Notes: a model not told the origin generated them from the letters alone. 41,628 nt of DNA from Thioalkalivibrio sp. (GCA_011046015.1 DSBO01000006.1:1-41628), one strand, 5' to 3'. Numbered from the stretch's first letter, positions 21,100 to 31,225 are shown. Program-made: numbers and translations.

Positions 21100-21372
21100 C
21101 GGCGGTAAAAGCCGCGATACCCATGCCCGGGTGATGCCGCCACCCCCGAATCGCGCCTCGCAGCGCTCCTACCGGGGCCGGGCTCGGACCGTAGGAGCGG
21201 TGAAAGCCGCGATACTCATGTCAGCCTATGCTGCCACCATCGAATCGCGCCTTGCAGCGCTCCTACCGGAACCAGAACCGGATTGTAGGAGCGGTGCCAG
21301 CCGCGATACCCATGCCCGGTTGATGCCGCCACCCCTGAATCGCGCCTTGCAGCACTCCTGCCGATACCGCGG
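21096..21372 (+). repeat. Tandem array of three ~94-bp palindromic units (same family as 12377-12840)
   Basis: Units start near 21096 (degenerate, containing the hydrolase TAG stop), 21189 and 21283. Orientation and terminal degenerate unit match those of array 1. Confidence 0.9.
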
Positions 21373-21462
21373 GTGAAGATACAGGGTGTGACGACAGTCG
21401 CGATCCAGGCCGCGGCTCCTTGACCTGGCTGCGCTGGTCGCGGTTTTTGCCGCTCCTGCACC

Positions 21463-24400
21463 TCATTTGTCATCGGCCCTTTCGTCCTTCTTCTCGACCA
21501 GCCGCACCTTCTTCCACAGGCCACCCTCGCTGAAGCATTGCCAGCCCCAGCGCAGCCAGCCGAGCAGGGCGAAGGCGAGCCACAGCGCCCAGGCGAGCAT
21601 CAGCAGTCGGTAGACCATCAGCGGTGCCGAGAATACCCAGGCCTGGGGCAGGGTGGCCTCGGCGCGATCGGCGTACCACTTGAGCTGGTGGGCGCTGGAG
21701 CCGTTGCCGGCGATCTGCATCTCGGGCAGGCCGAGCAGGCCGCGTTCCACGGCGAAGATCAGGGCGATCAGGGCGATCAGCGTGAGCAGGCCGAGGCCGA
21801 GCTGGATGGCGTTGAACGCCATGGCGTCCATGTCGGCCTTGAGGCGGGCGCGGGCGCCCAGCGCGAGCAGCCAGCCGACGACGATGACCGCGACCGCGAT
21901 GGGCACCTGGCTCAGGCCCACGCCGAGCAGCAGCCATTGCAGGGTGCGCAGGGGCGTGAGCGGCACACGGGCCAGCCCGGCGGCGAGGACGATGATGACG
22001 ATCAGCACGCCCCAGAACAGGACGGCCGGGCCGAGCAGCGGGCCACGCGTCCACAGTACCCAGCGGTCACGGCCGGGCTCGAGCACGAGCTCGACGTTCA
22101 CGCTGGGACTGCCCAGGTCCACCATCGGGGTCGAGAGGCTGGCGCCGATGCCCTCCGGTGCGCGCCAGTCGAGGCGGACCCGCTGTTCGCCGGGACGCAG
22201 GGGCAGGGTAACGCGGCGGTCCTCCTGGCGGATGGGCTGGGCGAGGCCATCGATGGTGACGGTCTGCAATGTGACGCCTTCGGGTAGCCGGATGTCGTGC
22301 TGGCCGCCACGGCTGCTGCGCAGGGTGAGTTCCAGCGAGGCGTCGGTGGCGCGCCGGCCGGGGCGCAGGCTCAGGCGACTCTCGTCGATGGTGAGCGTGG
22401 GGCCGGGCACGCCGGCGGGGCGGGTGATGTCGAGCGTGACGGTTTCGCCGGGCCAGGGCCTCCACTCGGGCAGCCACTGGCCGCCCGGGGCCTGGTGATG
22501 GACCACCGGGATGCCCTCCAGCTCGGCGTGCCAGATGGCGCCGATGTCGGCACGCCAGTGTTCGCTCCAGCGGGTGGTATCCGGCGCGGTGAGTGTGAGG
22601 CGGTCGACGGGTTCGAGCACCGAGCGCCAGCGCAGGCTGCCCTCGCGCAGATTCACGCGCACCTGTCTGTCCTCCACGCGGATGCCCTCCGTGATCACCG
22701 ATTCGCCCGGCAGCAGGGGTACGGCGAGCACCGCCGCCTCGCCCGGCGGGCCGAGGCGGCGCACCTCGGTCTCCACGGCCCAGTCCAGCCCGAGGCGCAG
22801 GTGGCGCGTCACCTGCACGAAGGGCGGCAGGGTGGTGGGTTCCAGCGCGGGCAGGGCGCCGCTGGTTGACTCCTCGATGCGGGTGAGCTGCAGCTGCCGT
22901 TCGGGCACGCCGCTCTCGCGCACACCCTCGATGCTCCAGCCGCGGGCCTCGGCCTCCACCTGGTTCGGCGGTAGCGGGAGGGCGAGCTGCAGGGTATCCC
23001 GCGCGGGCAGGGGGCCGTCCATCAGCACCTGGTGGCGGCCGGGCGCGAGGTCCAGCCAGTAGCCGCCGGTGCTGTCCCGGCGCAGACCGGTGGCGGGCTG
23101 GCCGTCCACCAGCACGCGGGTGGCCAGCCAGTGCTCGCGCTGGCCGGGCAGGGGCACGGCGACGGCCTCCAGGGCATGGATCTCCAGGCGTAGCTGCAGG
23201 GTCTCCGGCGCGGCGGCCAGGCGCATGCGCGGGATCTGGGCGCATTGCGGCAGGCAGGCCGGCGGCTCGATGAGCCGCTGGCGCAGTTCCTCCAGCAGGG
23301 CCGGGTCCGGGATCTCGGCCCGGACCGGTGCCGGCAGCAGGGTCGTGGCGCCAAGCAGCAGGAGCACGGCGGCGGCGCCGGTCTGGTGTGCGCCGAAGGA
23401 GCTGCTGCGGTCGGGGCGCGGGGGCATGATGTCGCCGCCCGGCCGCCAGCCGGTCAGCCGCAGGGCGAGCACCAGCACCAGCAGCACGCGCAAGGCGTTG
23501 AGCACCAGCTGGCCGGTGGGCGAGAGCAGGGTCAGCTCGATGTGCTGGTCCTGCGCCACCGGGCCGCTCCAGTGGAGCGGGATCGTGGTCCAGGACCACT
23601 GCGGCAGGCCGGGACCAGTCTGCAGGGCGGCGTCCGGGTCGAGCTCGGTGAGCGGCGGCGAGGTCGGGCGGCTGGCGGGCAGGCTGCTGACCCGCTTGTC
23701 CGGCGCGACCTCGCGGCTGCGCACGGACTCCTCCACGAGGGCCCCGGCCTGAGGGGCGGCCTGGTAGAGGTCGGCGCGCTGCAGTGATGGCGCCATGGGG
23801 CCCGGACGCTCGAGCTGGGGATAGAGGCCGAGCCTCACCTGGTCGACCATGAAGGGCACGGCCACCAGCACGAGGGCGAGCAGCGAGAGGTGACGGTAGC
23901 CGGTGATGAGCCGGCGGAAGAGGCCTGCGGGCAGCACCCGCAACAGGGCGATGGCCACCAGCAGGTTGAGCCAGACCAGGCGCGGCGCCCCCGGCTCGTG
24001 CCAGACCAGCGCCAGGGTGACCAGCGCCAGCGCGGCCCAGCGCCAGGACCACAGGCGGCCGACGGCGGCGGCGGCGATCAGCACCACGAAGAGGTCCAGG
24101 AGGGTCCAGCGCTGTAGCCAGGTGCCGGGCACCTGGTCCACGCCGGAGGCCGCCAGCAGGGTCCAGCCCGGCGGCAGGTGCAGGGTGGCGGACAGCCGCT
24201 GCACGTCCTGCTGCCAGCCCACGGCGGGCAGGCGGCGCGTGTCGCCTTCGACGCGGCTGTCGGCGGCGAGGTTCAGCTCGCCGCGGCGTACCTCGACCCC
24301 GAGCGGGCCGTCGTCGCCACGGCGGGTGATGAACTGGAGCTGGTCGTCGATGCTCACCCGGCCGAGCACCAGCGTGTCGACGGCGTCCAGTCGCCAGCCG

Positions 24401-25518
24401 CGGGACAGCTGGCCGCTGAAGCGGTCGCTCACCGTGTAGCCCCTGCCGTCGAAATCCAGCCAGATGTCACGGCTCAGGTTCAGGCGGTTGGGCTCGGGTT
24501 CGGGGTCGCCGCGGCGGATGGTCTCGAGGCCCAGGCGGTCACCGGTCTCGAGCCGGTAGGCCGGCAGTTGCTGCCACTCGCGTGGCAGGTTGGTCTGGCG
24601 TGGATCGACGGCGGCCACGCCCTCGATCTCCACCAGGCGCAGGGCCGGCCGGGCGTCGAACACCCAGACCTCGTCGTCTGGCCAGGGCGAGGCATTGACC
24701 GGCCGGTCAAGCGTGTCCACCGGTCCCGGGTGGCGGCTGGTCAGGTCGATGCTGAAGCTGCCGGGGCGCAGCTGCACGCGCAGGCGGCCGTCGGGCTCCA
24801 GGCGTGCGGGCAGCTGGCTGTCGAGGCGCACGGGAATGGCGTCGGCCAGCAGGGCCTGGCCGAGTACCACCTCGCGCGGGGCACCGGAGACCTTGAGCTC
24901 GATACGGGTGACGACCTGTAGCGGCACCTCGTCGATCACGCGGCGGAAGACCTCCACGCCCAACCGGTCGCCGTCCGCATCCGACGCGTCGCGCTGACGT
25001 TCGCCCAGCCAGAGGCGGCCCTGGGTGTCGAGGTCGGGCGGGGTGATGGCGCGGCCATCGACGCTCAGGATGACCAGCCCGGTGTCGTGGGGCACCGCGA
25101 GCTGCTCGGGAAGCTGCGGCCAGGCGAAGCGACCGGCCAGGCGGTGCATGCCCGGGCCGGTGAACACCGCGGGGCGGCCATTGCGCTCGACCACCACCGC
25201 GGGCTCGCCGTCGAGGGTGACGTCCTGCGGCCAGCGCTCGGCGTCGCCGGGCAGGTAGAGCCAGCCCTCGAGGTAGTTCTGCCAGCCCTGGGAAAAGCGC
25301 GCCCCGGCGGCCGTGGCCTCGACCGACAGGGTGGTCGGCCAGGCGCACTGACGCGCGCTCGCGCTGTTGTAGAGGAAGGGACAGGCGAGGTCCTCGTGGC
25401 CCTGGAGCACCCAGGCCTGCCAGGGCCGGAGCGGTTCCGGAACGGTCTCGGGGTCGAGGGCAGCCTGGCTGCCCGGGGTCAGAAGGAGCAGCGTGAACAG
25501 CACCAGCAATGCGCGCAT
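21463..25518 (-). CDS. Uncharacterised 1351-aa envelope protein (signal peptide, two large extracytoplasmic regions, two TM clusters)
   Basis: Coherent GC3-biased ORF. Signal peptide MRALLVLFTLLLLTPGSQA/A. TM clusters lie at about residues 470-560 and 1155-1325. A second signal-peptide-like segment lies at about 698-733. I recognise no family. Confidence 0.85.
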   Translation of the reverse strand: MRALLVLFTLLLLTPGSQAALDPETVPEPLRPWQAWVLQGHEDLACPFLYNSASARQCAWPTTLSVEATAAGARFSQGWQNYLEGWLYLPGDAERWPQDVTLDGEPAVVVERNGRPAVFTGPGMHRLAGRFAWPQLPEQLAVPHDTGLVILSVDGRAITPPDLDTQGRLWLGERQRDASDADGDRLGVEVFRRVIDEVPLQVVTRIELKVSGAPREVVLGQALLADAIPVRLDSQLPARLEPDGRLRVQLRPGSFSIDLTSRHPGPVDTLDRPVNASPWPDDEVWVFDARPALRLVEIEGVAAVDPRQTNLPREWQQLPAYRLETGDRLGLETIRRGDPEPEPNRLNLSRDIWLDFDGRGYTVSDRFSGQLSRGWRLDAVDTLVLGRVSIDDQLQFITRRGDDGPLGVEVRRGELNLAADSRVEGDTRRLPAVGWQQDVQRLSATLHLPPGWTLLAASGVDQVPGTWLQRWTLLDLFVVLIAAAAVGRLWSWRWAALALVTLALVWHEPGAPRLVWLNLLVAIALLRVLPAGLFRRLITGYRHLSLLALVLVAVPFMVDQVRLGLYPQLERPGPMAPSLQRADLYQAAPQAGALVEESVRSREVAPDKRVSSLPASRPTSPPLTELDPDAALQTGPGLPQWSWTTIPLHWSGPVAQDQHIELTLLSPTGQLVLNALRVLLVLVLALRLTGWRPGGDIMPPRPDRSSSFGAHQTGAAAVLLLLGATTLLPAPVRAEIPDPALLEELRQRLIEPPACLPQCAQIPRMRLAAAPETLQLRLEIHALEAVAVPLPGQREHWLATRVLVDGQPATGLRRDSTGGYWLDLAPGRHQVLMDGPLPARDTLQLALPLPPNQVEAEARGWSIEGVRESGVPERQLQLTRIEESTSGALPALEPTTLPPFVQVTRHLRLGLDWAVETEVRRLGPPGEAAVLAVPLLPGESVITEGIRVEDRQVRVNLREGSLRWRSVLEPVDRLTLTAPDTTRWSEHWRADIGAIWHAELEGIPVVHHQAPGGQWLPEWRPWPGETVTLDITRPAGVPGPTLTIDESRLSLRPGRRATDASLELTLRSSRGGQHDIRLPEGVTLQTVTIDGLAQPIRQEDRRVTLPLRPGEQRVRLDWRAPEGIGASLSTPMVDLGSPSVNVELVLEPGRDRWVLWTRGPLLGPAVLFWGVLIVIIVLAAGLARVPLTPLRTLQWLLLGVGLSQVPIAVAVIVVGWLLALGARARLKADMDAMAFNAIQLGLGLLTLIALIALIFAVERGLLGLPEMQIAGNGSSAHQLKWYADRAEATLPQAWVFSAPLMVYRLLMLAWALWLAFALLGWLRWGWQCFSEGGLWKKVRLVEKKDERADDK

Positions 25519-25573
25519 GGCGTTCCCTCGGGTGGTGGTTGTTATTCGTTGTTGAGGCTGAGTGTAGGCCCGC

Positions 25574-26467
25574 TCAGCCGAGTTCCGCCAGCAGGCGGTC
25601 GGTCATGCGCTCGGCCTGATCCGCGTAGCCGCCACCGAACAGGTTGTAGTGGTTGAGGATGTGGTAGAGGTTGTAGAGCGTCTTGCGCACGCCGTAGCCC
25701 GGATCGATCGGCCACGCGTCGTCGTAGGCCCGGTAGAAGGCGCCGCCGGGCCCGCCGAAGAGCTCGGTCATGGCGAGATCGGCCTCGCGGTCGCCGTAGT
25801 ACACCGCCGGGTCGAAGATCACCGGACGCCCGTCGCGGTCCGTCTCCATGTTGCCGCCCCAGAGGTCGCCGTGCAGCAGCGAGGGCAGCGGGCGGTAGTC
25901 GGCGAAGAACGCCGGCAGGTGCTCCATGAGTACATGGCCGCGATCGACGAGGCGGGTGCCTGCGCCTCTGCGTGCCGCCAGGTCCAGCTGAAAGCCCAGG
26001 CGCTGCTCCCGCCAGAAGGCCACCCAGTCTGCGTTCCAGGTGTTCACCTGCGGGGTGGCGCCGATGGTGTTGTCCCGATGCCAGCCGAAGCGCTCGGCGG
26101 TCCGGCGGTGCAGGGCGGCGAGTTCCGCGCCGAATCGGGCGCTGCTCTCGCGCCCGTCGAAGGTGATGTGCTCCATGACCAGGTACCCGCGCCCGGCGGC
26201 TGTGCCCGTGGCTACCGGACGCGGCACGCGGATGGCATTCGCCGCACGCAGCTCGGACAGGCCCTCGGCCTCGGCCTCGAACATGTCCAGGCGCGCCGCG
26301 TCGTTGAGCTTGACGAAGTAGCGCTGGCCGTCGCCTGTCAGCGTCCAGGCCTGGTTGATGCAGCCGCCGCCGACGCCGTGACGGTCGGCCGGCGTGAAGC
26401 CACCGCCTTCGGCCGCGCGGATGCTGGCGGTGATCGCGTCCCAGAGGGTGTGGTCGTCGCTACCCAT
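25574..26467 (-). CDS. Fructosamine/ketosamine-3-kinase family protein
   Basis: Internal ATG (Met21 of ORF 25574..26527) preceded by AGGAG. Sequence GGCINQAW...YFVKLN...LLHGDLWGGN...IFDPAVYYGDRE. Confidence 0.85.
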   Translation of the reverse strand: MGSDDHTLWDAITASIRAAEGGGFTPADRHGVGGGCINQAWTLTGDGQRYFVKLNDAARLDMFEAEAEGLSELRAANAIRVPRPVATGTAAGRGYLVMEHITFDGRESSARFGAELAALHRRTAERFGWHRDNTIGATPQVNTWNADWVAFWREQRLGFQLDLAARRGAGTRLVDRGHVLMEHLPAFFADYRPLPSLLHGDLWGGNMETDRDGRPVIFDPAVYYGDREADLAMTELFGGPGGAFYRAYDDAWPIDPGYGVRKTLYNLYHILNHYNLFGGGYADQAERMTDRLLAELG

Positions 26468-26547
26468 GTGCGCTCCTGCGGTGGGGGTTGCCTCGAGTGG
26501 TAGAATGGTAACGTTAATCCCTGACAAGGCCCAAAGGCAGACACCCC

Positions 26548-26973
26548 ATGGCAGTACGCAAACTCATCCCCCTGTGCGAGAAGATCGGCCGCGAGCGTAT
26601 CGAGCAGCAGATCCATCGTTTTTACGAAAAGCTGCAGAACGACGAGGAGATGAAGGGCTTCTTTGCTCACATCCCGGATTTCGCGGAGCACGAGCAGCGC
26701 ATTGCCGACTTCTGGTGGACGGCCATGGGCGGTCGGCTCGACCACGATCCGGGCATCGACATGGTGGGCAAGCACATGCCGCTGGGCATCGAGGACCGGC
26801 ACATCAGCCGCTGGCTCGCCTACTTCCGCGAGACGCTGTTCGAGGTGATGGAGCCGGAGCTGGCCGAGCAGTGGTTCATGATGGCCGAGGGCATCGCCAT
26901 GCGCCTGCGCCAGGTGGTGGTGCAGGGCGAGATGCCGGGGATGCCGCGCAAGCCGTCCGAGCCGCAGGGCTGA
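26548..26973 (+). CDS. Truncated haemoglobin, group-III-like
   Basis: 141 aa. The pattern FYEKL..D..M..FF....EH..RIADFW....GG.......H..L......WL..F.E.L resembles Campylobacter Ctb-type globins as I remember them. Confidence 0.7.
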   Translation: MAVRKLIPLCEKIGRERIEQQIHRFYEKLQNDEEMKGFFAHIPDFAEHEQRIADFWWTAMGGRLDHDPGIDMVGKHMPLGIEDRHISRWLAYFRETLFEVMEPELAEQWFMMAEGIAMRLRQVVVQGEMPGMPRKPSEPQG

Positions 26974-26987
26974 GGCGCGGCCGTCAG

Positions 26988-27066
26988 ATTTGCCACAGAG
27001 TCCTTAGCGGTCGCAGCGGTGAACAGGATGGGGTATGTCTTTCCTCTGTGCCCTCTGTGGCAAAAA
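26988..27066. repeat. MITE-like element (~79 bp), same family; the left repeat is truncated
   Basis: TTTGCCACAGAG ... CTCTGTGCCCTCTGTGGCAAAAA, lying between the convergent globin and AstE-like genes. Confidence 0.6.
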
Positions 27067-27092
27067 CCACTAGGGACGCCAGGCCCGCAGCA

Positions 27093-28178
27093 TTAACGGA
27101 TCTCCGTCTCGTCCGGCGGCAGGCCCTCGTGGAAGTCGTGCAGTTCGGCCACCGCCACGGCGGCATGTTCGGCCTGCTTCGAGCGCTCGAAGCGTGCGAC
27201 GTGGAACAGGGCGTCGCCCTCGTTGACCAGCGGCAGGTTGGTGCGGCCGATGACGATGCCGGAGTTGGGGCTCAGGATCGGCTCCTCCTCGACGCCCATC
27301 GGGTCGGAGACCATGCCGAGCACCGTGTTCGGCCCGATGTGCTCGCCCAGACCGACGAAGGCCCGGAAGATGCCGCCCTGCGGCGCGCGCAGCCACGAGC
27401 TTGAGCGCGCGGTAAAGGGCTCCTTCTTCGGCTTGTGCGGTTTCTTGTGGCGGGCGGCGAGCATGCCCAGCTCGCGCATCACGTTCAGTATTCCGGCCAC
27501 ACCCACGCGGATGCTCACCTCGTCAAAGCGCAATGCCTCGCCCGCCTCGTAGAGCAGCATCTTGATGCCGGACTCGTCCGCCGCCTGGCGCAGCGAACCA
27601 TCGCGCAGCACCGAGTTGAGCAATACCGGCACGCCGAAGGCGCGGGCGAGACGCGCGGTCTCGTCGTCGTCCATGTGGGCGCGGATCTGCGGCAGGTTGT
27701 CGCGATGCAGGGCGCCGGTGTGCAGGTCGATGCCGTGCGTGCACTTGGCCACGATCTCTTCCATGAACAGGTGCGCCAGGCGCGCCGTGAGCGAGCCGTG
27801 GTCCGAGCCCGGGAAGCTGCGGTTGAGGTCGCGCCGGTCGGGCAGGTAGCGCGAGTGGTTGAGCACGCCGAACACGTTGACGATGGGCACGGCGACCAGG
27901 GTACCGCGCAGGTGCCGGAGCGCGCTGGACTTGAGCAGGCGACGGATGATCTCGATGCCGTTGAGTTCGTCGCCGTGGATGGCCGCGCTGACGAACAGGC
28001 GCGGTCCCGGGCGCTTGCCGCAGATGACGTGCACCGGCATCTCCACCGGGTTGCTGGTGTAGAGCACGGTCACCGGCAGCAGCACCAGTTCCCGGCTGCC
28101 CGGCTGCACCGTGACCTCGCCGATGGTGATCGGCTCGTTGGCGGGTTCAGCCCTGGCCGCGGGTGCGCGTCTTGCCAT
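27093..28178 (-). CDS. Succinylglutamate desuccinylase/aspartoacylase (AstE/AspA, M14-like) family zinc hydrolase
   Basis: 361 aa with zinc motif [10 protein letters not shown] and later DLHTG. The ATG overlaps the rimK 3' end by 32 nt. Confidence 0.85.
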   Translation of the reverse strand: MARRAPAARAEPANEPITIGEVTVQPGSRELVLLPVTVLYTSNPVEMPVHVICGKRPGPRLFVSAAIHGDELNGIEIIRRLLKSSALRHLRGTLVAVPIVNVFGVLNHSRYLPDRRDLNRSFPGSDHGSLTARLAHLFMEEIVAKCTHGIDLHTGALHRDNLPQIRAHMDDDETARLARAFGVPVLLNSVLRDGSLRQAADESGIKMLLYEAGEALRFDEVSIRVGVAGILNVMRELGMLAARHKKPHKPKKEPFTARSSSWLRAPQGGIFRAFVGLGEHIGPNTVLGMVSDPMGVEEEPILSPNSGIVIGRTNLPLVNEGDALFHVARFERSKQAEHAAVAVAELHDFHEGLPPDETEIR

Positions 28179-29052
28179 GTTTCGCGTTCTTCTCGAGGAA
28201 TTCGATGATCTGCCCGGCCACGTCCTTGCCGGTGGCGGCCTCGATGCCTTCCAGGCCCGGCGAGGAGTTGACCTCCAGCACCAGCGGGCCGTCCTTGCCG
28301 CGGATGATGTCCACGCCCGCGAGGTTCAGCCCCATGGTCTTCGCCGCCTTGATGGCGGTGGCGCGCTCCTTGGGTGTGAGTTTGACCACCGTGGCGGTGC
28401 CACCGCGATGCAGGTTGGAGCGGAACTCCCCTTCCTTGGCCTGACGCATCATCGCCGCCACCACACGGTTGCCGATGACGAAGCAGCGGATGTCGGCGCC
28501 CTTGGCCTCCTTCACGAATTCTTGTACCAGGAAGTTGGCGTCCAGCTCGCGGAAGGCGTCGATTACGCTCTCGCCGGCCTTGGCGGTCTCGGCCAGCACC
28601 ACGCCGCGCCCCTGGGTGCCTTCCAGCAGCTTGATCACCAGCGGCGCGCCGCCCACCAGCTTGATGAGGGCATTGGTGTCGGTGGGCGAGTGGGCGAAGC
28701 CGGTGACGGGCAGGCCAACGCCGGCGCGCGCCAGCAGCTGGTGGGCGCGCAGCTTGTCGCGCGAGCGGTTGATGGCCACCGACTCGTTTACGGAGTAGAC
28801 ACCCATCATCTCGAACTGGCGCACCACGGCCAGGCCGTAGAAGGTGATGGAGGCGCCGATGCGCGGGATGATGGCGTCGAAGTCCTCCAGGGTCTCGCCC
28901 TTGTACCAGATGGCAGGCCTGGCCGAGGTGATGTCCATGGTGCACTTGAGCGTATCGATCACATGCGCCTCGTGACCGCGTTCCTCGGCGGCCTCCACCA
29001 GGCGGTGAGTAGAGTAGAGCTTCTTGTTGCGGGATAGGATGGCGATCTTCAT
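28147..29052 (-). CDS. rimK: Ribosomal protein S6 L-glutamate ligase RimK (ATP-grasp)
   Basis: Internal ATG (Met150 of ORF 28147..29499). [18 protein letters not shown]...[11 protein letters not shown]...[10 protein letters not shown]...[13 protein letters not shown]. The start overlaps the upstream gene's stop (ATGA-type overlap). Confidence 0.95.
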   Translation of the reverse strand: MKIAILSRNKKLYSTHRLVEAAEERGHEAHVIDTLKCTMDITSARPAIWYKGETLEDFDAIIPRIGASITFYGLAVVRQFEMMGVYSVNESVAINRSRDKLRAHQLLARAGVGLPVTGFAHSPTDTNALIKLVGGAPLVIKLLEGTQGRGVVLAETAKAGESVIDAFRELDANFLVQEFVKEAKGADIRCFVIGNRVVAAMMRQAKEGEFRSNLHRGGTATVVKLTPKERATAIKAAKTMGLNLAGVDIIRGKDGPLVLEVNSSPGLEGIEAATGKDVAGQIIEFLEKNAKHGKTRTRGQG

Positions 29053-29540
29053 TCGAGTTCGGCCTGTTCTTCTTCGGTTTCCCATTCGAGGGAGGTGAGT
29101 TCGAGGCGTTCCTGGCAATAGGACTGCTGCGGGTCGACGATGAAGTGGTCGTGCATGGCGGTGCGCCCGAGCAGCATGCGGAACTTCATGTTGTCGCGAT
29201 TCGTGAGCGTGAGCTCGATGGTGTAGCGCTGGCTGCCCACCACGATGCCGGTCTCGATGACGTAGCGCAGGGTGCGGTGGCCGCCCGAGTCGGTCACCCA
29301 GCGACGGTCCTTCACCAGTGCCTCGCACTGCACCTCGGTGTGCCGGTCGCCCTGCTGCGGGTGGACATGAAAGCGCACCCAGCGCGTGCCCCTGCGGCGG
29401 AAGCCCTTCACCTTGAAGGCGTGCAGGCAGGAGGTGCGCGCGCCGGTGTCGATCTTGGCCTTGATGTGCGGCAGCCCCAGATCGGGCAGCGCGATCCATT
29501 CGCGCCAGCCCAGTACCGCCTTGCCTTGCATCTCGCTCAT
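29049..29540 (-). CDS. Retropepsin-like 'ATP-dependent zinc protease' family protein (RimB-like)
   Basis: 163 aa with [11 protein letters not shown] (DTG aspartic-protease signature). It is the first gene of the rimK operon. Confidence 0.85.
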   Translation of the reverse strand: MSEMQGKAVLGWREWIALPDLGLPHIKAKIDTGARTSCLHAFKVKGFRRRGTRWVRFHVHPQQGDRHTEVQCEALVKDRRWVTDSGGHRTLRYVIETGIVVGSQRYTIELTLTNRDNMKFRMLLGRTAMHDHFIVDPQQSYCQERLELTSLEWETEEEQAELE

Positions 29541-29620
29541 GCAGCTTCGCCGTGAGTGGTCGTTCGCCTGCGACTATAGCGCGAATCGGGGCGGGCGCGC
29601 ATTGCCGGTCAGTCGCGGGT

Positions 29621-30610
29621 TCAGATCCAGCGCTTGAGGCGCAGCAGCAGCAGGGTGGCCAGGCCCAGTGCGGCCATGCCGATGGCGGTGGCCCAGAAGC
29701 CGAGGGCGTGGTCGAGCAGCGGCATCTGCTCGAAGTTCATGCCGAAGATGCCGGCGATCAGATTGAGCGGCAGGAAGACCACCGAGATGATGGTCAGCAG
29801 CTGCACAATGCTGTTGGTGCGCTGTCCGGTGATGGAGAAATAGATCTGGATCATGCCCTCGATGTCGTGCTGCAGGGCGTCGATGTCGTGCGCGGTGCGC
29901 TTGATATGCTCCATGACGTCGTTCATGCGCACGCCCACGTGCTCGCTGATGTGCAGCTCGGTTTCCGAGCGCCACAGGGTGAGGCTGGAGAGCTGTTCGG
30001 CGAGTATGGTCGAGAAGCGTCGCAGGCGGCCGCGCAGATCGAGCAGGGGCACCCAGTCCTTCACGCCGTGTTCGCTGCCGAACAGTCGCTGCTGCCAGAG
30101 TTCGAGCTGCATGGCCAGCGGCCCGCGCACCCGCATCTGTTCCTCGACGATGCGGTGCAAAAGCGCATGCGCGACGCCGACGATGGTCTCCGGCTGGCGG
30201 GGTGTCTGGCTGTGCAGGCGCCGGCCAACGTCCTCGAACAGGCCGTTGTCGGGCGGGCGGATGGTGACCAGGCCGTGGGCGAACAGCAGCAGGGTGCTGG
30301 CGCTGGTATCCAGGTCGAGGTCGTTGCTCTGCAGTCCCGCCAGGGGGCGGAAGATGAGCATCTCGTAATCGGAGGTGGCATCGTAGTAGGGCGGATGCGC
30401 GAGATTGAGGCTGTCCTTCACGTGGCGTTCGTGCACGGCGCCCCCGCCCAGGCGCTGGAATACGCTGGGCCAGTCGTCCTCATGGTGGGTGAAGTCGAGC
30501 CAGAACAGCGTCTCGCCGTCGAGGCGGTCCGCGTCGGTCATCTCGCGCCAGCGGTCATCGATGTGCACGTATCCGATCAAGCCCATGCCCCTGAATGAGT
30601 GGTTCCGCAA
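29621..30610 (-). CDS. corA: CorA-family Mg2+/Co2+ transporter
   Basis: 329 aa with two C-terminal TM segments and the GMN signature ([12 protein letters not shown]). Met9 (30586) is an alternative start. Confidence 0.85.
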   Translation of the reverse strand: MRNHSFRGMGLIGYVHIDDRWREMTDADRLDGETLFWLDFTHHEDDWPSVFQRLGGGAVHERHVKDSLNLAHPPYYDATSDYEMLIFRPLAGLQSNDLDLDTSASTLLLFAHGLVTIRPPDNGLFEDVGRRLHSQTPRQPETIVGVAHALLHRIVEEQMRVRGPLAMQLELWQQRLFGSEHGVKDWVPLLDLRGRLRRFSTILAEQLSSLTLWRSETELHISEHVGVRMNDVMEHIKRTAHDIDALQHDIEGMIQIYFSITGQRTNSIVQLLTIISVVFLPLNLIAGIFGMNFEQMPLLDHALGFWATAIGMAALGLATLLLLRLKRWI

Positions 30611-30661
30611 CGAGTGTGTCGCATGGGCCCGGGCTTGTAAATCGAAGCCCGCTCGCTGCGT

Positions 30662-31195
30662 TCAGGCGTCGCGCCACTCGCCCGGGGCGAGTCCGTCGAG
30701 GGTCCAGGAGCCGATGCGGTAGCGGATCAGTCGCAGGGTAGGGTGACCGACGGCTGCCGTCATGCGCCGCACCTGCCGGTTGCGGCCCTCGCTGATCGTC
30801 ATCTCGAGCCAGCAGGTGGGGATGTGCCTGCGCTCGCGGATGGGCGGCGTGCGCGGCCACAGCAGGTAGGGCTCGGCGATGCGCGTCACGCGCGCGGGCA
30901 GGGTCATCCCGTCCTTGAGCTCCACGCCCTCGCGCAGGGCCGCGAGCGCGGCCTCGTCCGGGATGCCCTCCACCTGCACCCAGTAGGTCTTGCTCATCTT
31001 GTTGTCCGGGTGCGTGATGCGGCTCTGCAGCGCACCGTCGTCGGTGAACACCATCAGCCCCTCGCTGTCACGGTCCAGGCGACCGGCCGCGTACACGTCC
31101 TTTACCGGAATGTAATGCGCCAGCGTGCGGCGGCCCTGGCCATCGGTGAACTGGCTGAGGACGTCGTAGGGCTTGTTGAACAGGATGATGCGCAT
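30662..31195 (-). CDS. rluE: 23S rRNA pseudouridine synthase RluE
   Basis: 177 aa with no S4 domain. [15 protein letters not shown]...[28 protein letters not shown] is very close to E. coli RluE as I remember it. Confidence 0.85.
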   Translation of the reverse strand: MRIILFNKPYDVLSQFTDGQGRRTLAHYIPVKDVYAAGRLDRDSEGLMVFTDDGALQSRITHPDNKMSKTYWVQVEGIPDEAALAALREGVELKDGMTLPARVTRIAEPYLLWPRTPPIRERRHIPTCWLEMTISEGRNRQVRRMTAAVGHPTLRLIRYRIGSWTLDGLAPGEWRDA

Positions 31196-31225
31196 GAGGT
31201 CGTGGGTTCTTTCGGCAAATCGTTA

